Shown here: positions 7,932 to 20,168 of the stretch, in pieces | How positions within the stretch are numbered: the first letter of the stretch is position 1 | Layout: each line of letters starts with the position of its first letter | Assembly (NCBI GenBank): GCA_017462265.1 | Contig: JAFTRN010000030.1 | Span: 89,940-153,939, forward strand | Direction of reading: 5' to 3' | Source of the DNA: Coprobacter sp. | GTDB lineage: Bacteria > Bacteroidota > Bacteroidia > Bacteroidales > UBA11471 | Length of the DNA: 64,000 nt | Position numbers and translations under genes: made by a program | Notes under the pieces: model-generated | Databases searched by the model: none | Told to the model about the DNA's origin: nothing | The model's input: the letters and a program-made list of their open reading frames with translations, nothing else

Positions 7932-8118
7932 TTTCTGCTTTTGCGATGCAAAGATAAAACCTTTTTCTGATTCGTGCAACAAAAAAACGAATTTTTTTTA
8001 ACTTTGCAGTAAAATGCGAAGATCCCCTATGCTTGTCGTGAAATATCCATGCAAGCTTGGTATTATTTCACACGTTTGGCTGTATCTTTGCCGTAAATCG
8101 ATTTTTAACTACCGTCGT

Positions 8119-8424
8119 ATGTATATATTCAATACCACTTATCATGTAGATGACGTCTTGAAAGATGACTTTATCGCTTGGCTACGAGATACCTACATTC
8201 CTGCTGCCACGGCACGTCCCGAGTTACACCGACCGCAGTTGTGCCGGGTGCTTACGGGTGAGGAAACCGAGGGTGAAAGTTACTCCTTGCAATTCCATGT
8301 GGCCGATAATGCCTGCCTCGAAACCTGGTACACCGCGGTGGGGGCCGAGCTCGACATGGCCATACAAGAACGATATGGTGAGCGGGTGATCGGATTCAAT
8401 ACATTACTCGAAGTGCTCGAATAG
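8119..8424 (+). CDS. DUF4286 family protein
   Basis: [10 protein letters not shown]...YSLQF...FNTLLEV; conserved position upstream of ruvC in Bacteroidetes. Confidence 0.8.
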   Translation: MYIFNTTYHVDDVLKDDFIAWLRDTYIPAATARPELHRPQLCRVLTGEETEGESYSLQFHVADNACLETWYTAVGAELDMAIQERYGERVIGFNTLLEVLE

Positions 8425-8426
8425 CT

Positions 8427-9035
8427 ATGGCAACGCCGATACCTCACTCGCAAGAACGTATCATACTCGGTATAGACCCCGGAACCAATATCATGGGGTA
8501 TGGCTTGTTGCGTATCAAGGACAATAAGCCCGAGTTGATAACCATGGGCGTCTTGCAGTTGGGTAAGATGGGCGATCATTATAAAAAGTTGCGACGCATT
8601 TTCGAGCGGGTTTTAGGGCTTATAGAGCAGTATCACCCCGATGAAATGGCTATTGAGGCGCCATTTTTCGGTAAAAACGTACAATCGATGCTCAAGTTGG
8701 GACGCGCGCAGGGTATAGCCATGGCCGCAGCCTTGTACCGCGATATACCTATTACCGAATATGCGCCGTTGAAAATAAAAATGGCGATTACCGGCAATGG
8801 TAGTGCCGCCAAAGAGCAGGTGGCCGATATGTTGCGTCGTATATTGCATATCCCCGAGGAGAATATGTTGCCTCAGCTCGACGCCACCGATGGCCTGGCA
8901 GCCGCTTTGTGTCATTTCTACCAGACCAATCGCCCGCAGGTGGAAAAGGCCTATACCAGTTGGAAAGACTTTATCAATCAACATCCATCACGCGTGGCAT
9001 CGCAGACATCTACACGCAAAAAGAGACCTGAGTAA
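8427..9035 (+). CDS. ruvC: Holliday junction resolvase RuvC
   Basis: [39 protein letters not shown] motifs. Confidence 0.95.
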   Translation: MATPIPHSQERIILGIDPGTNIMGYGLLRIKDNKPELITMGVLQLGKMGDHYKKLRRIFERVLGLIEQYHPDEMAIEAPFFGKNVQSMLKLGRAQGIAMAAALYRDIPITEYAPLKIKMAITGNGSAAKEQVADMLRRILHIPEENMLPQLDATDGLAAALCHFYQTNRPQVEKAYTSWKDFINQHPSRVASQTSTRKKRPE

Positions 9036-9086
9036 GGCGCACATATTCTCACTCAGGTCACTCTTCTATCCGAAAAATCAGAAGTC

Positions 9087-10691
9087 TTACGAATATTCTT
9101 CTTGCATATCGCGCTTTTTATCCATGCGCAACGTGTGCTTTATGGCTCGACGTATGGAGCGGAACGTGGGGGGTATGGCATGGATAGGTTTGTAGCTGTT
9201 GGTGTAGAGCAGGAATCCGCCTATACAGAACAGGCATATCCATAACAACCAACCATATATCTCTTTCATACTCACCATCAACGCCTGTTGTTGCACCGCG
9301 CCATATATCTCGGCAAAGGGTAAATGGGCCGAGTGGGTGTTTACCGCGTCGATATTCCCGCCGAGCAGCATGGCATTTTTCTGCATGATGACTTTCAACA
9401 GACGTCCCAATATGGCGCTACCCCATGCGCCGCCGAGGCTTGCCGATATGAACGATTGCGCCGTTACCGATTGGAAGAAAATGGGGAAGGGTATGCGGGT
9501 AAGCGCCGTAAGGAACGCTATGGCAATCATCACATATCCGAAATTCCGCAGAAAGACGGGTAGTATGAGCGAACTCTTGCTCTGGTCGTAGTCTATTGTG
9601 AAATAGGAGAGAGCCAAATAGGCCGCAATACACCCGAACGCGATGACCGTAACCCTGCGGTAGGGCCACTTGCGACGGGCGAAAGTGAGCCACATGAATA
9701 TACTGCCACAAACGATTCCGGCAAAGCCGGCCCAGTTGAGCGAGATGAAATGCTCGGCATCGTAGCCCAATATGCTCTCGGTGTAGATGTGGTCGAGCAG
9801 ATGCCCCGGAGCAATGAGTATATCAACTATAAGAAACATACCGATGGTGGTATATAGGGGCTTCTGTCGCCATACTTCAGGTGTGATATAAGGGTGTCGT
9901 ATGAAGGTCGAACGCCAATAGTTCAGTACACCGACACCTATACCGCAAAGGGTGGCGAACCATATTTCATCGGAATCCCACCAATCGTAATGTTCGCCAT
10001 AGGTACATACGAACGCGACGCACAGCGCTACGACGCCCCACATCACGCCACCCAACCAGTCTATGCCATAGAGGGGCAGCTTGCGCATGGAGCGATAGGT
10101 GCGAAACAATACTTGTGTGGCGATGAGCACGACCACCAAGGCGGCGATGATGAGCCAATGCATATATTCCCATTGGGCAAAAACAGCGGTATATACGGTG
10201 GTCATGCCCGACAGCTGAATACTGCCCTGCACGAGCAAGTAGATATAGCAGAAAAAGACGGATAAGTCGCGCTTGGGGGTAATCCATAGCTGTATGGTGG
10301 AGTTGCACTCGAAGGTGGCCCACATACGCAGAAATCCGGTGATGAAGCACACACCGACCAACACCGGTACGTTGCGGGTGTACATACATATCAAGTTGCC
10401 GGCAATGATGCCGAGAGCGCATACCGTAAATACGGTCTTGGTACAGAAGCGGAATTTCAACCGGAATACGATGGCAAAGGTGAGTGCAAGGCCTATGAGC
10501 GACGCGTATCCCGCCATCATAATATCCTCTTGCAGCAGGGCGGTACCGCCTACCATTTCGTTTACGGCGGCGAGATATACCCCTCCCGAAAACTGAAACA
10601 CGATGACGATGGCGATATAAATCCACGGTCGTAGAGGGGCCGGGACGAAATTGCGCATCGCAGGTATAGAGAATGGTCCTATCTCGTGCAT
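9087..10691 (-). CDS. MFS (DHA2/EmrB-like) efflux permease
   Basis: 534 aa multi-TM protein, IDWLG motif, in operon with HlyD and TolC. Confidence 0.8.
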   Translation of the reverse strand: MHEIGPFSIPAMRNFVPAPLRPWIYIAIVIVFQFSGGVYLAAVNEMVGGTALLQEDIMMAGYASLIGLALTFAIVFRLKFRFCTKTVFTVCALGIIAGNLICMYTRNVPVLVGVCFITGFLRMWATFECNSTIQLWITPKRDLSVFFCYIYLLVQGSIQLSGMTTVYTAVFAQWEYMHWLIIAALVVVLIATQVLFRTYRSMRKLPLYGIDWLGGVMWGVVALCVAFVCTYGEHYDWWDSDEIWFATLCGIGVGVLNYWRSTFIRHPYITPEVWRQKPLYTTIGMFLIVDILIAPGHLLDHIYTESILGYDAEHFISLNWAGFAGIVCGSIFMWLTFARRKWPYRRVTVIAFGCIAAYLALSYFTIDYDQSKSSLILPVFLRNFGYVMIAIAFLTALTRIPFPIFFQSVTAQSFISASLGGAWGSAILGRLLKVIMQKNAMLLGGNIDAVNTHSAHLPFAEIYGAVQQQALMVSMKEIYGWLLWICLFCIGGFLLYTNSYKPIHAIPPTFRSIRRAIKHTLRMDKKRDMQEEYS

Positions 10692-10694
10692 GAT

Positions 10695-11729
10695 TTAGTA
10701 TTTTACGACACATTCCACATTCATACCGGCACGTAGTCGGTCCATGGCTTCGGCGCTATTCTCGTTGGTAAGTTCGATACGTACCGGTATGCGCTGTTCT
10801 ATTTTCACGAAGTTGCCGGCCGAGTTGTCTTGGGGGAGGAGCGAGAAGCTGGCACCGGTAGCCTGGGAAATCGATTTCACGACACCTTTGTAAGTAATAT
10901 CGGGTACGGCATCTACTACGACCTCTACCGGCAGTCCCTCGGCGATATTGGCGGTCTGAGTCTCTTTGTAGTTGGCCACAATCCATTTTTCCTGTTCGTT
11001 TACAACGTTTACGAGTGTCTGCCCGGGTTGCACGAGTTGTCCGGCTTGAATATTTTTACGACCTGTCACGCCATCGCAGGGCGCGAGTATTACGGTGTAC
11101 GAAAGGTTCAGTTTGGCCAGTTCTATAGCGGCCTCGGCCAGTTTCACCACGGCCTCGCTTTGGGCAAGGTGCTGTCCCTGTTCCTTTTTCACGAGGGCGG
11201 TCGATTGTTTCTGTCGCGATAGCAGTTCGTAGCGGGCTTTAGAGGCCTCGTAGGCCGTTTTCATAGCCTCGTACTGCTGGCGGGTAACGGCCTGCTGTTC
11301 CAACAATTTTTTATAGCGATTGTATTCGCGCTCATCGTTTTCGAGACGTATTTTGGCCTCTAATATTCCTGCATCAGACACGGCCAGATTGTTATCGGTC
11401 GTATTCATCGATGACGATACGGCGGCTTTACCCGAGAGGGCGTTTTGATAGTCGGCCTCGGCCTGAGCCAATCTGAAACGAAACTCGGCATCTTCGATTA
11501 TCGCCAATGTGTCGCCTTTGTGCACAAATTGGTATTCGTCGAAATAGATATGCTTTATAAACCCTTGGATTTTACTGTTTACCGGCACGATGTGCTGACG
11601 TATTTGGGCATTGTCGGTAAATTCTACGTTACCGAGGTGTATAAATTTGTTGCACACATATCCCAATGCGCACAGGAGGGCGATACTTACTACGGTGTTG
11701 AATATGATTTTACGAGTCTGTCTTTTCAT
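10695..11729 (-). CDS. HlyD/EmrA family membrane fusion protein
   Basis: FTDNAQI, ATGASFSLLPQDNSAGNFVKIEQRIPVRI. Confidence 0.92.
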   Translation of the reverse strand: MKRQTRKIIFNTVVSIALLCALGYVCNKFIHLGNVEFTDNAQIRQHIVPVNSKIQGFIKHIYFDEYQFVHKGDTLAIIEDAEFRFRLAQAEADYQNALSGKAAVSSSMNTTDNNLAVSDAGILEAKIRLENDEREYNRYKKLLEQQAVTRQQYEAMKTAYEASKARYELLSRQKQSTALVKKEQGQHLAQSEAVVKLAEAAIELAKLNLSYTVILAPCDGVTGRKNIQAGQLVQPGQTLVNVVNEQEKWIVANYKETQTANIAEGLPVEVVVDAVPDITYKGVVKSISQATGASFSLLPQDNSAGNFVKIEQRIPVRIELTNENSAEAMDRLRAGMNVECVVKY

Positions 11730-11767
11730 TTTAGTATGTTTTTAGCGGTTGTAATGTTTCTGGGGTA

Positions 11768-13090
11768 TCAAAGCGTTCCTGAAATATAGAGTAGTTTGTA
11801 ATAGTTGAATATCAGGTCGATGCGTGCGTTTACCAACTCGGTTTCAGCTGAAATTTTGGCATTACCGGCATCGAGCATATCGGTAATGAGTGCCATGTCG
11901 TTGCGGTAGCGGTTGTGTATCACGTTGTAGTTGCGCTCGGCCAACTCCACGCTTTTCTCTTGTGTGGCGAGGGTTTCGAAACATTCGAGATACTTGATGT
12001 ACTCGGCTTGCACGGCCAGCTCGGTCTGTTCGGTGGCGTAGTCGTGCGCCTCTTGCTGGCGACGTATCGACAAGCGACTGCGCGATAGGTCGCGCGGTGT
12101 CTTAAACAGGGCGTCGATGTTGTACTTAACGCCTACACCCACATACCAGTAGTTGAAATTTTTGTTGATGGTGGGTACCTCTATGAGTATAGGCCCGTCG
12201 AGATTGTTGCCGGCAAAAAGAGCTATTTTCGGAATACGTTCCGAGCGAATGATTTTATCTTGGTGTAGCAACATCTTCACCGACAGCTCGCTCTGTTGCA
12301 GTGAGGGTGAGGTCTCTACGGCGGTCTTGGTCCAGTGGGCCTCGCTTTCCACGGGCACGTCGGTGACAAGTAAGGTGGAGTCGGGGGTGATGAGGGTACC
12401 CTCGGGCAGTCCAAGGGTTACAACCAGCCGGTTGTTGAGAATCGTTCGATTGTTCTGCAAGCGGGTACGTTGCAATTCGAGGTTCGATAGTTGCAGCTCA
12501 TAGCGGGTGATGTCATTGTGTAGCACCACGCCTTCGGCTTCTTTGGCCTGTAGTTCATCGAGTACCTGCTTGGTCTGGGCTATATTCGCATCATATACCC
12601 CGATGAGGTTTTGCTGTTTATACAGGTCGAGATAGTAGCTTACCAGCATCAGACGCACTTTGTCGCGGTTTTCTTCCAACGATAGTCGGGCGCTCTCGCT
12701 TTGTAACTTGGCGAGGCTTATGCCGTGCTGTATGGCGCCACCGGCATAGATTATCTGCGACGCCTCTACGGCGAGATTGTTGCCGAAGTGGGGCATCTCT
12801 ATCTTCGTTTTGTCACTGAAATCTCGGTCCCACATACGACCGTTGCCTATGTAGCTGAACGATAGTGAGGCACTGATTTCGGGCAATCGGGCGTTTCGAG
12901 CCGATTTTATGGCCTGGCGGCTCTCTTCTACGCCGGTCTTTCCGGCACGTAACGATTTGCTGTTTTCCTCGGCGAGCGAAAACATTTCGTCGATGGTGAG
13001 TGTGCGGCACATACTTTCTTGGGCGCACACATCTACAGCGCATAGCATGACGCATAACGACCACGCTATGAACAAAAAGAGTCTGTTCAT
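11768..13090 (-). CDS. TolC family outer membrane efflux protein
   Basis: Signal peptide, two OEP repeats (RLPEISAS, RIPKIALF), operon context. Confidence 0.9.
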   Translation of the reverse strand: MNRLFLFIAWSLCVMLCAVDVCAQESMCRTLTIDEMFSLAEENSKSLRAGKTGVEESRQAIKSARNARLPEISASLSFSYIGNGRMWDRDFSDKTKIEMPHFGNNLAVEASQIIYAGGAIQHGISLAKLQSESARLSLEENRDKVRLMLVSYYLDLYKQQNLIGVYDANIAQTKQVLDELQAKEAEGVVLHNDITRYELQLSNLELQRTRLQNNRTILNNRLVVTLGLPEGTLITPDSTLLVTDVPVESEAHWTKTAVETSPSLQQSELSVKMLLHQDKIIRSERIPKIALFAGNNLDGPILIEVPTINKNFNYWYVGVGVKYNIDALFKTPRDLSRSRLSIRRQQEAHDYATEQTELAVQAEYIKYLECFETLATQEKSVELAERNYNVIHNRYRNDMALITDMLDAGNAKISAETELVNARIDLIFNYYKLLYISGTL

Positions 13091-13159
13091 TGTATGATGT
13101 TTAGAGTGAAAAATAAACGGGATAAAATGGAGCCATGTATCGGCTCGTCATTGAAATGC

Positions 13160-13319
13160 AAAAAAATGCGACTACCTGCTAATCGGAGTTTTCACGCCCC
13201 CAATTATGAAAGTCGTCGAGTCTGTAACCTATTGAATAATTGTAAAATGAGAAGTCTTGTAGGCTTATATTTTTCATTAGTGTGCGAGACTATATGCCCC
13301 GTTCCATGCCGCAAAGGTA
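13160..13319 (-). promoter_or_regulatory. Promoter and leader-peptide attenuator of the efflux operon
   Basis: TACCTTTG -7 box at 13312-13319; 32 aa uORF at 13179-13277; CGACT...AGTCG hairpin followed closely by T7. Confidence 0.55.
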
Positions 13320-13477
13320 CGAAAAATGTCGCAAAAATCCGACTTTTCGATAAAGAATTATTTTGCCAATGTCGATTACCAACGGAAATTCCGTACATAC
13401 AGCCGTGGGTTTTTCCGGTAATGGAAACCTACACCCCAAAATCGTAGGAACGTTCGGTCGAGTGTCCGTCGAGGGTG

Positions 13478-15382
13478 TTATTTTTTCAGGGTGTAGGTGC
13501 CGGCGGTGAGGGTGATATATCGCTCGTCGGTGAGGTAACGGAGGGTTTGCAATACCTGTGCCTCGGGGTAGGGCAGGCGGGCTACCAATTCTTGCAGGGT
13601 GCAGGGCGATTGTGTGAGCAGTTCGCGCACCGAGGCGGTAATCTTGTCGAAACGCATAGGCGAGAGGCCCTCGTCTTTTTTCTGCAAGCAGTAGTCGCAC
13701 GCCCCGCAGTCGCACGATGTGTTTTCGCCGAAATAGTCGAGTAGTAGCCGCACCCGACAGGCATTATCGACCGTGGCATATTGCAGGGTGCGCTCTATGC
13801 GATAGGCAAATTTCTCTTTTCGCACTTCATATACCGACCGAGGTATCTCCACATATCGCAACTGCTCGCGCGAGCGCGTGAAACATATCATAGGCATACG
13901 TTTCTGCGGTATGTAGTGCACGATGTGCTGCTTGCTGAGAAATATCAAGGCTTCATATATCTCTTCTTGCGACAGGCCGGTGCGCCGTTCGAGTATCGAC
14001 TCGCGTATATACACATAGTCGGCAAACAGACCGGTGTAGGAGCGTAGCAGGCATTGCAACGCCTCATCGACCTTGCTGTCGCCTACGTGCAGACGATATA
14101 GCTCATCGCGCTGTACCGTGACCATGATGCGCGATTGCGAATCGGGCTCCTCTATGTACTCGATGTATCCCGACTGCTCAAGTATCTTCAAGGCGTGAAA
14201 CGTGGGCAATGTGGGAAATTTGAAGGTTTGGCAGAATAGATTGAGGTCGAAATCGCGCCGGGTATCGAGCCCGAATCCCTCGGCTATTTGCAGGTAGTTG
14301 CACAGCGCCTCGTAGATGCGAATGATAAATTCCCGCTCGGGAAACATATCCGTTACGCGCTTGTGCAGCTTGGCTTTGTCGGTTGTGGAGTAGAGCATCA
14401 CGGCATAGGCCGTCTTACCGTCGCGACCGGCACGGCCGGCCTCTTGGTAGTACTCCTCGGGCGAGCTCGGTAGGTCCATGTGTACCACTAAGCGCACATC
14501 GGCCTTGTCGATACCCATACCGAAAGCGTTTGTTGCCACCATCACCCGTGCGCGCCCCTCTTTCCATTGTTGTTGGCGCTCGTTTTTCTCCTCGGAGTCT
14601 ATTCCCGCATGATAGAACAGTGCCGAGACACCGGCCCGGCGTAAATCCTCGGCTACCTCCTTGGTACGCTTGCGACTGCGCACATAGACGATGGCACTGC
14701 CCGGTACACGCGATAAGATGTAGATGAGCTGTTGCATCTTGTCCTCGTTGTGGCGCACCACATAGCGCAGATTGGTTCGGTGAAAACTCTTGCGGAACAC
14801 ATTCTCCTCACGGAACAGAAGCTTCTCCTGTATGTCGCGCGTCACCTCGGGCGTGGCCGTGGCCGTGACCGCCAGCACCGGCACGTCGGGCAGTTGGGAA
14901 CGTAGGTCGGCTATACGCAGATAGTTGGGGCGGAAATCATACCCCCATTGCGATATGCAGTGAGCCTCATCTACCACCAACAGGGATACTTGCAAGTCGC
15001 GTATTTTGTCGAGAAACAGCTCGGTAGATAATCGCTCGGGCGAAACGTACAGAAATTTGTACTTACCCAAGATGCAATTTTCGAGTGCGACCAACATCTC
15101 GCGACGGCTCATACCCGAATGGAGATAAGCCGCCTTTATATCCAACGCGCGCAGGGTATCGACCTGGTCTTTCATCAAGGCGATAAGCGGGGTGACTACG
15201 ATACACGTGCCGTCGAGATACATACCCGGCACCTGGTAGGTGATAGACTTTCCACCGCCGGTGGGCATCAAGGCGAGCGTGTCACGACCGGCAAGCACGG
15301 AGTGTATAATCTCCTCTTGCAGTGGGCGGAACGTGTCGTAGCCCCAGTAGCGTTGTAATATTTCGTGTATGGTCTGGCTCAT
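13478..15382 (-). CDS. recQ: ATP-dependent DNA helicase RecQ family
   Basis: MPTGGGKS, VDEAHCISQWGYDFRP, QEAGRAGRDG, C-terminal Zn-binding cysteines; start set at MSQTIHEIL. Confidence 0.92.
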   Translation of the reverse strand: MSQTIHEILQRYWGYDTFRPLQEEIIHSVLAGRDTLALMPTGGGKSITYQVPGMYLDGTCIVVTPLIALMKDQVDTLRALDIKAAYLHSGMSRREMLVALENCILGKYKFLYVSPERLSTELFLDKIRDLQVSLLVVDEAHCISQWGYDFRPNYLRIADLRSQLPDVPVLAVTATATPEVTRDIQEKLLFREENVFRKSFHRTNLRYVVRHNEDKMQQLIYILSRVPGSAIVYVRSRKRTKEVAEDLRRAGVSALFYHAGIDSEEKNERQQQWKEGRARVMVATNAFGMGIDKADVRLVVHMDLPSSPEEYYQEAGRAGRDGKTAYAVMLYSTTDKAKLHKRVTDMFPEREFIIRIYEALCNYLQIAEGFGLDTRRDFDLNLFCQTFKFPTLPTFHALKILEQSGYIEYIEEPDSQSRIMVTVQRDELYRLHVGDSKVDEALQCLLRSYTGLFADYVYIRESILERRTGLSQEEIYEALIFLSKQHIVHYIPQKRMPMICFTRSREQLRYVEIPRSVYEVRKEKFAYRIERTLQYATVDNACRVRLLLDYFGENTSCDCGACDYCLQKKDEGLSPMRFDKITASVRELLTQSPCTLQELVARLPYPEAQVLQTLRYLTDERYITLTAGTYTLKK

Positions 15383-15500
15383 TGTATGGCAAAGGTAGCA
15401 TATCTTTTCGGTATCGCAAAATGTATAGTACGTGTCAGTCGGCATGGCAGAAAGAGAAATTTTATTCTGACGTTTTGGCAGATTTTTGGTAAAAATAGGT

Positions 15501-15517
15501 TTGGCACACAATTCGCA
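15501..15517 (+). promoter_or_regulatory. Putative sigma54 -24/-12 promoter of groESL
   Basis: TTGGCACACAATTCGCA: GG and GC separated by exactly 10 nt. Confidence 0.55.
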
Positions 15518-15580
15518 GTAATATCGGTGTCGCCCCATAGTGGTGATATAACAATAAAATAACTTCTAAAAACAAAAGAT

Positions 15581-15850
15581 ATGAACATTAAACCATTAGC
15601 AGACAGAGTTCTGATAAAACCTGCTCCTGCCGAAGAAAGAACCGTAGGTGGAATTATCATTCCCGACTCAGCAAAAGAAAAACCTCTCCGTGGCGAAGTA
15701 GTTGCCATCGGTAACGGCACAAAAGACGAAGAAATGGTGGTGAAACCCGGCGATACCGTATTGTATGGAAAATACGCAGGTACCGAACTCGAACTCGAAG
15801 GCGAGAAGTATCTCATCATGCGTCAATCCGATGTATTGGCCATTATTTAA
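15581..15850 (+). CDS. groES: Co-chaperonin GroES
   Basis: [11 protein letters not shown]...[13 protein letters not shown]. Confidence 0.98.
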   Translation: MNIKPLADRVLIKPAPAEERTVGGIIIPDSAKEKPLRGEVVAIGNGTKDEEMVVKPGDTVLYGKYAGTELELEGEKYLIMRQSDVLAII

Positions 15851-15871
15851 TGTTTAATCCCAAATCTTTAA

Positions 15872-17521
<1,650 letters not shown>

Positions 17522-17547
17522 TCCCGCAAATAAATAATCTCTCATAT

Positions 17548-17585
17548 ACCCCGGACGTAGCCCATCGCAACGCCCGGGGTTTTTG
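17548..17585 (+). terminator. Terminator after groEL
   Basis: ACCCCGG...CCGGGGT stem with T tract. Confidence 0.65.
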
Positions 17586-17601
17586 TTTATAAGATATTCG
17601 A

Positions 17602-18504
17602 CTAATGTTTTTTACGGTTCTTTTTCCAGAGTTGGTAGCTGTTTACGATATTCTGCCACACGACATACGAGGCAGGACCTATGGAGGCGAGCGGGTGGGT
17701 GTAGGTGAGTGCCATCCATATAGCTAATACGGTGTTTTTCTGCCCCAAGGCTTGTCCGCCGGCTATACGGTTGTTGTAGCGGGTACCCACGATTTTCCCC
17801 ACGGCAAATTGCATGGCGCAGGCCAATAGTGAGAACAGGGCGAGCAACAATTCCTCGGCAATGTGCTCGGTGCCTTGGGCTATGATGAACGAGGCGGTAC
17901 GCCCCATGACAAAGGTGAGCGACACAGCCCATAGGTAGAACGAGATACTCTGGCTGAGACTGATTGCCGCATGTACTCGAGGTAGAAATTTACCTAATAA
18001 AAGAGCGATGACAAACGGCAGAATGAGCAGGGGTATCATTTGCCGACAGATAGTGAGGAACGAGGCCCAAAAATCGATGTCGGTATGTGTGCCGATAAAC
18101 GAAAATATGATGGGAGATAGGGCAGCAACCGCCAGATTGCTGAGCAGACTATATGTGGCCAGCGATGCCAAACTGCCACCCAACATGTGGGTGATGACCG
18201 CTGCTGCCGTGGCGGTGGGCGCCAAGATACAGATGAGCGTACCCTCGGCTACAAGCGGGTCGAGATGCCGCAATAGGGCATACACGGCAAGGCTTCCGGG
18301 TATCTGTATGGCGATGAGCCATATATGTAGCCGTTCGATACGTAGGTCTTTCAACGACAGTCGGCAATAGGGCACGAGCAACATGGCAAAAATCAGTACC
18401 TGTGTAAAGTGCGGAAAAATATCGTTGAGCATGGTTATCGGGCGGTAAAGCACCGTGCCGAGTATCATGGCTATGGGGAGCATATAGGTCTTTAATTTCT
18501 GCAT
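17602..18504 (-). CDS. Bile acid:sodium symporter-like transporter
   Basis: APTATAAAVIT..LGG and GQKNT motifs, multi-TM. Confidence 0.8.
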   Translation of the reverse strand: MQKLKTYMLPIAMILGTVLYRPITMLNDIFPHFTQVLIFAMLLVPYCRLSLKDLRIERLHIWLIAIQIPGSLAVYALLRHLDPLVAEGTLICILAPTATAAAVITHMLGGSLASLATYSLLSNLAVAALSPIIFSFIGTHTDIDFWASFLTICRQMIPLLILPFVIALLLGKFLPRVHAAISLSQSISFYLWAVSLTFVMGRTASFIIAQGTEHIAEELLLALFSLLACAMQFAVGKIVGTRYNNRIAGGQALGQKNTVLAIWMALTYTHPLASIGPASYVVWQNIVNSYQLWKKNRKKH

Positions 18505-18631
18505 AAGCCTCTTTTTTGTTGCAAAGGTAGTGTAAAACCGCGTCACCTATCCCCAATGGTGTAGAAATTTTAGAAACAAAAGAGGCCCGGAATGATTTCC
18601 GAGCCTTCTTTTGCGATACGATTGCGTAGCG

Positions 18632-19306
18632 TCATAAATCTTCGCCACTCGCTTCGTTGTATTTATTGTCGTAATACATTAATATACGATATTTATTATA
18701 TTCTTCAATAATCGTAAACCACACCTCTCTTTTTGATATAAATTTTAATAATAAATCGATACCTATTTCTGCTTGTCTTTCTTCTGAAAGATTCTCAAGG
18801 TCCTCCTTGGTATATCTATATTTTGAATAAAGATACTCCTCAACATTCTTTTTTAGTGTTGCTGTATCGGCAGGAATTTGAGAAAAAGTCGCATTGTATT
18901 TTTTGCTATTTAAAAGCATTTGATCGGAAATATCTTCGTCATCGGGTATTGATTGATCTGTCAAACAGATATATTTGCCATTATTTTGAAATTGTTTGCA
19001 AAGTGTGTTGAACCTTAATTTTATTTGAGCTTCATCACGTCCATATTTATCAAATACGCAAATTCTCCATACTTTATTGTTGTTGGTGACAATACTTAAT
19101 TGAACATCTGTGCCATTAAATTCCCCTTCAAATTCGTCAAGGTATTCGTTGTAAACAAAGCCTTTGCTTTTGAGTTTTTTTATCATCTCGGATTTGGTGC
19201 CGTCCACCGGTATGCCGAGAAATTTGGTAACATCGTTTTGTGCATATATCGATGTACAAAATAGGCACAATAGCATCACGGCTGATAATTTTCTTAGTGT
19301 TCTCAT
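18632..19306 (-). CDS. Secreted hypothetical protein
   Basis: Signal peptide, KFLGIPVDGT N-terminus; AT-rich. Confidence 0.75.
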   Translation of the reverse strand: MRTLRKLSAVMLLCLFCTSIYAQNDVTKFLGIPVDGTKSEMIKKLKSKGFVYNEYLDEFEGEFNGTDVQLSIVTNNNKVWRICVFDKYGRDEAQIKLRFNTLCKQFQNNGKYICLTDQSIPDDEDISDQMLLNSKKYNATFSQIPADTATLKKNVEEYLYSKYRYTKEDLENLSEERQAEIGIDLLLKFISKREVWFTIIEEYNKYRILMYYDNKYNEASGEDL

Positions 19307-19485
19307 ATCCTATAATATTTGTATGATAAATAATATTGCAAAGATAACAATATTAAAATAGGATTATAATATTTATTCAAAAAAAGTTTGTTTTTTTAAG
19401 GAGCTGATTTTCACATTTTGATTGTTATAGGGTAGTACGATACAATAAATATTTGTATATTTGTTTCAGAAAAAAATTATAAACT

Positions 19486-20160
19486 ATGAAACCATACATT
19501 ATATGCCACATGATGGCGTCGGTCGATGGTCGTATCGATTGTGATATGACCGAGCAGATAGAATCGGGCGATGAATATTACGAAGCGTTGGCGCAGTTGC
19601 AGTGTCCGTCGATGCTTATGGGGCGTGTCACCATGCAGATGCACTATGCACTACCCGAGCCGTTCGTGGCCGCAGATGCTACAGCGGTGGGGCACGAATG
19701 TTTCTATGTGGCCGAGCGTGCGTCGGCTTATTGTGTGGCGACCGATACCCTCGGTCGGTTGCAATGGGGCGATAACAACTACGATGGACAGCATTTGTTG
19801 GTAATCACCTCCGAAGATTGTCCCGCTGAATATCATGCGACATTGCGGGAGCGGGGTATCTCGTTTATCGCTACGGGTAAGGGTGGAATAGACCTTCTGC
19901 GCGCCATGGCTATATTGCGAGAACATTTCGGCGTGGAGCGCCTTGCCGTGACCGGTGGCGGCCACATCAATGGGGCGTTTCTCGATGCCGGATTGCTCGA
20001 CGAGGTAAGCCTCATGATTGCTCCCGGTATCGATGGTCGAGCCGGTATGGCGGCGGTATTTGATGGTATAGCCGATATGAATCATACCCCGGTGAAACTG
20101 CAACTGATGAGTGTGGAGCGGATAGGCGAGGAGACCGTGTGGATAAGATATCGCGTGTAA
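19486..20160 (+). CDS. RibD C-terminal/dihydrofolate reductase family protein
   Basis: MKPYIICHMMASVDGRID, GGGHINGAFLDAGLLDEVSL. Confidence 0.88.
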   Translation: MKPYIICHMMASVDGRIDCDMTEQIESGDEYYEALAQLQCPSMLMGRVTMQMHYALPEPFVAADATAVGHECFYVAERASAYCVATDTLGRLQWGDNNYDGQHLLVITSEDCPAEYHATLRERGISFIATGKGGIDLLRAMAILREHFGVERLAVTGGGHINGAFLDAGLLDEVSLMIAPGIDGRAGMAAVFDGIADMNHTPVKLQLMSVERIGEETVWIRYRV

Positions 20161-20168
20161 ACGGGGGT

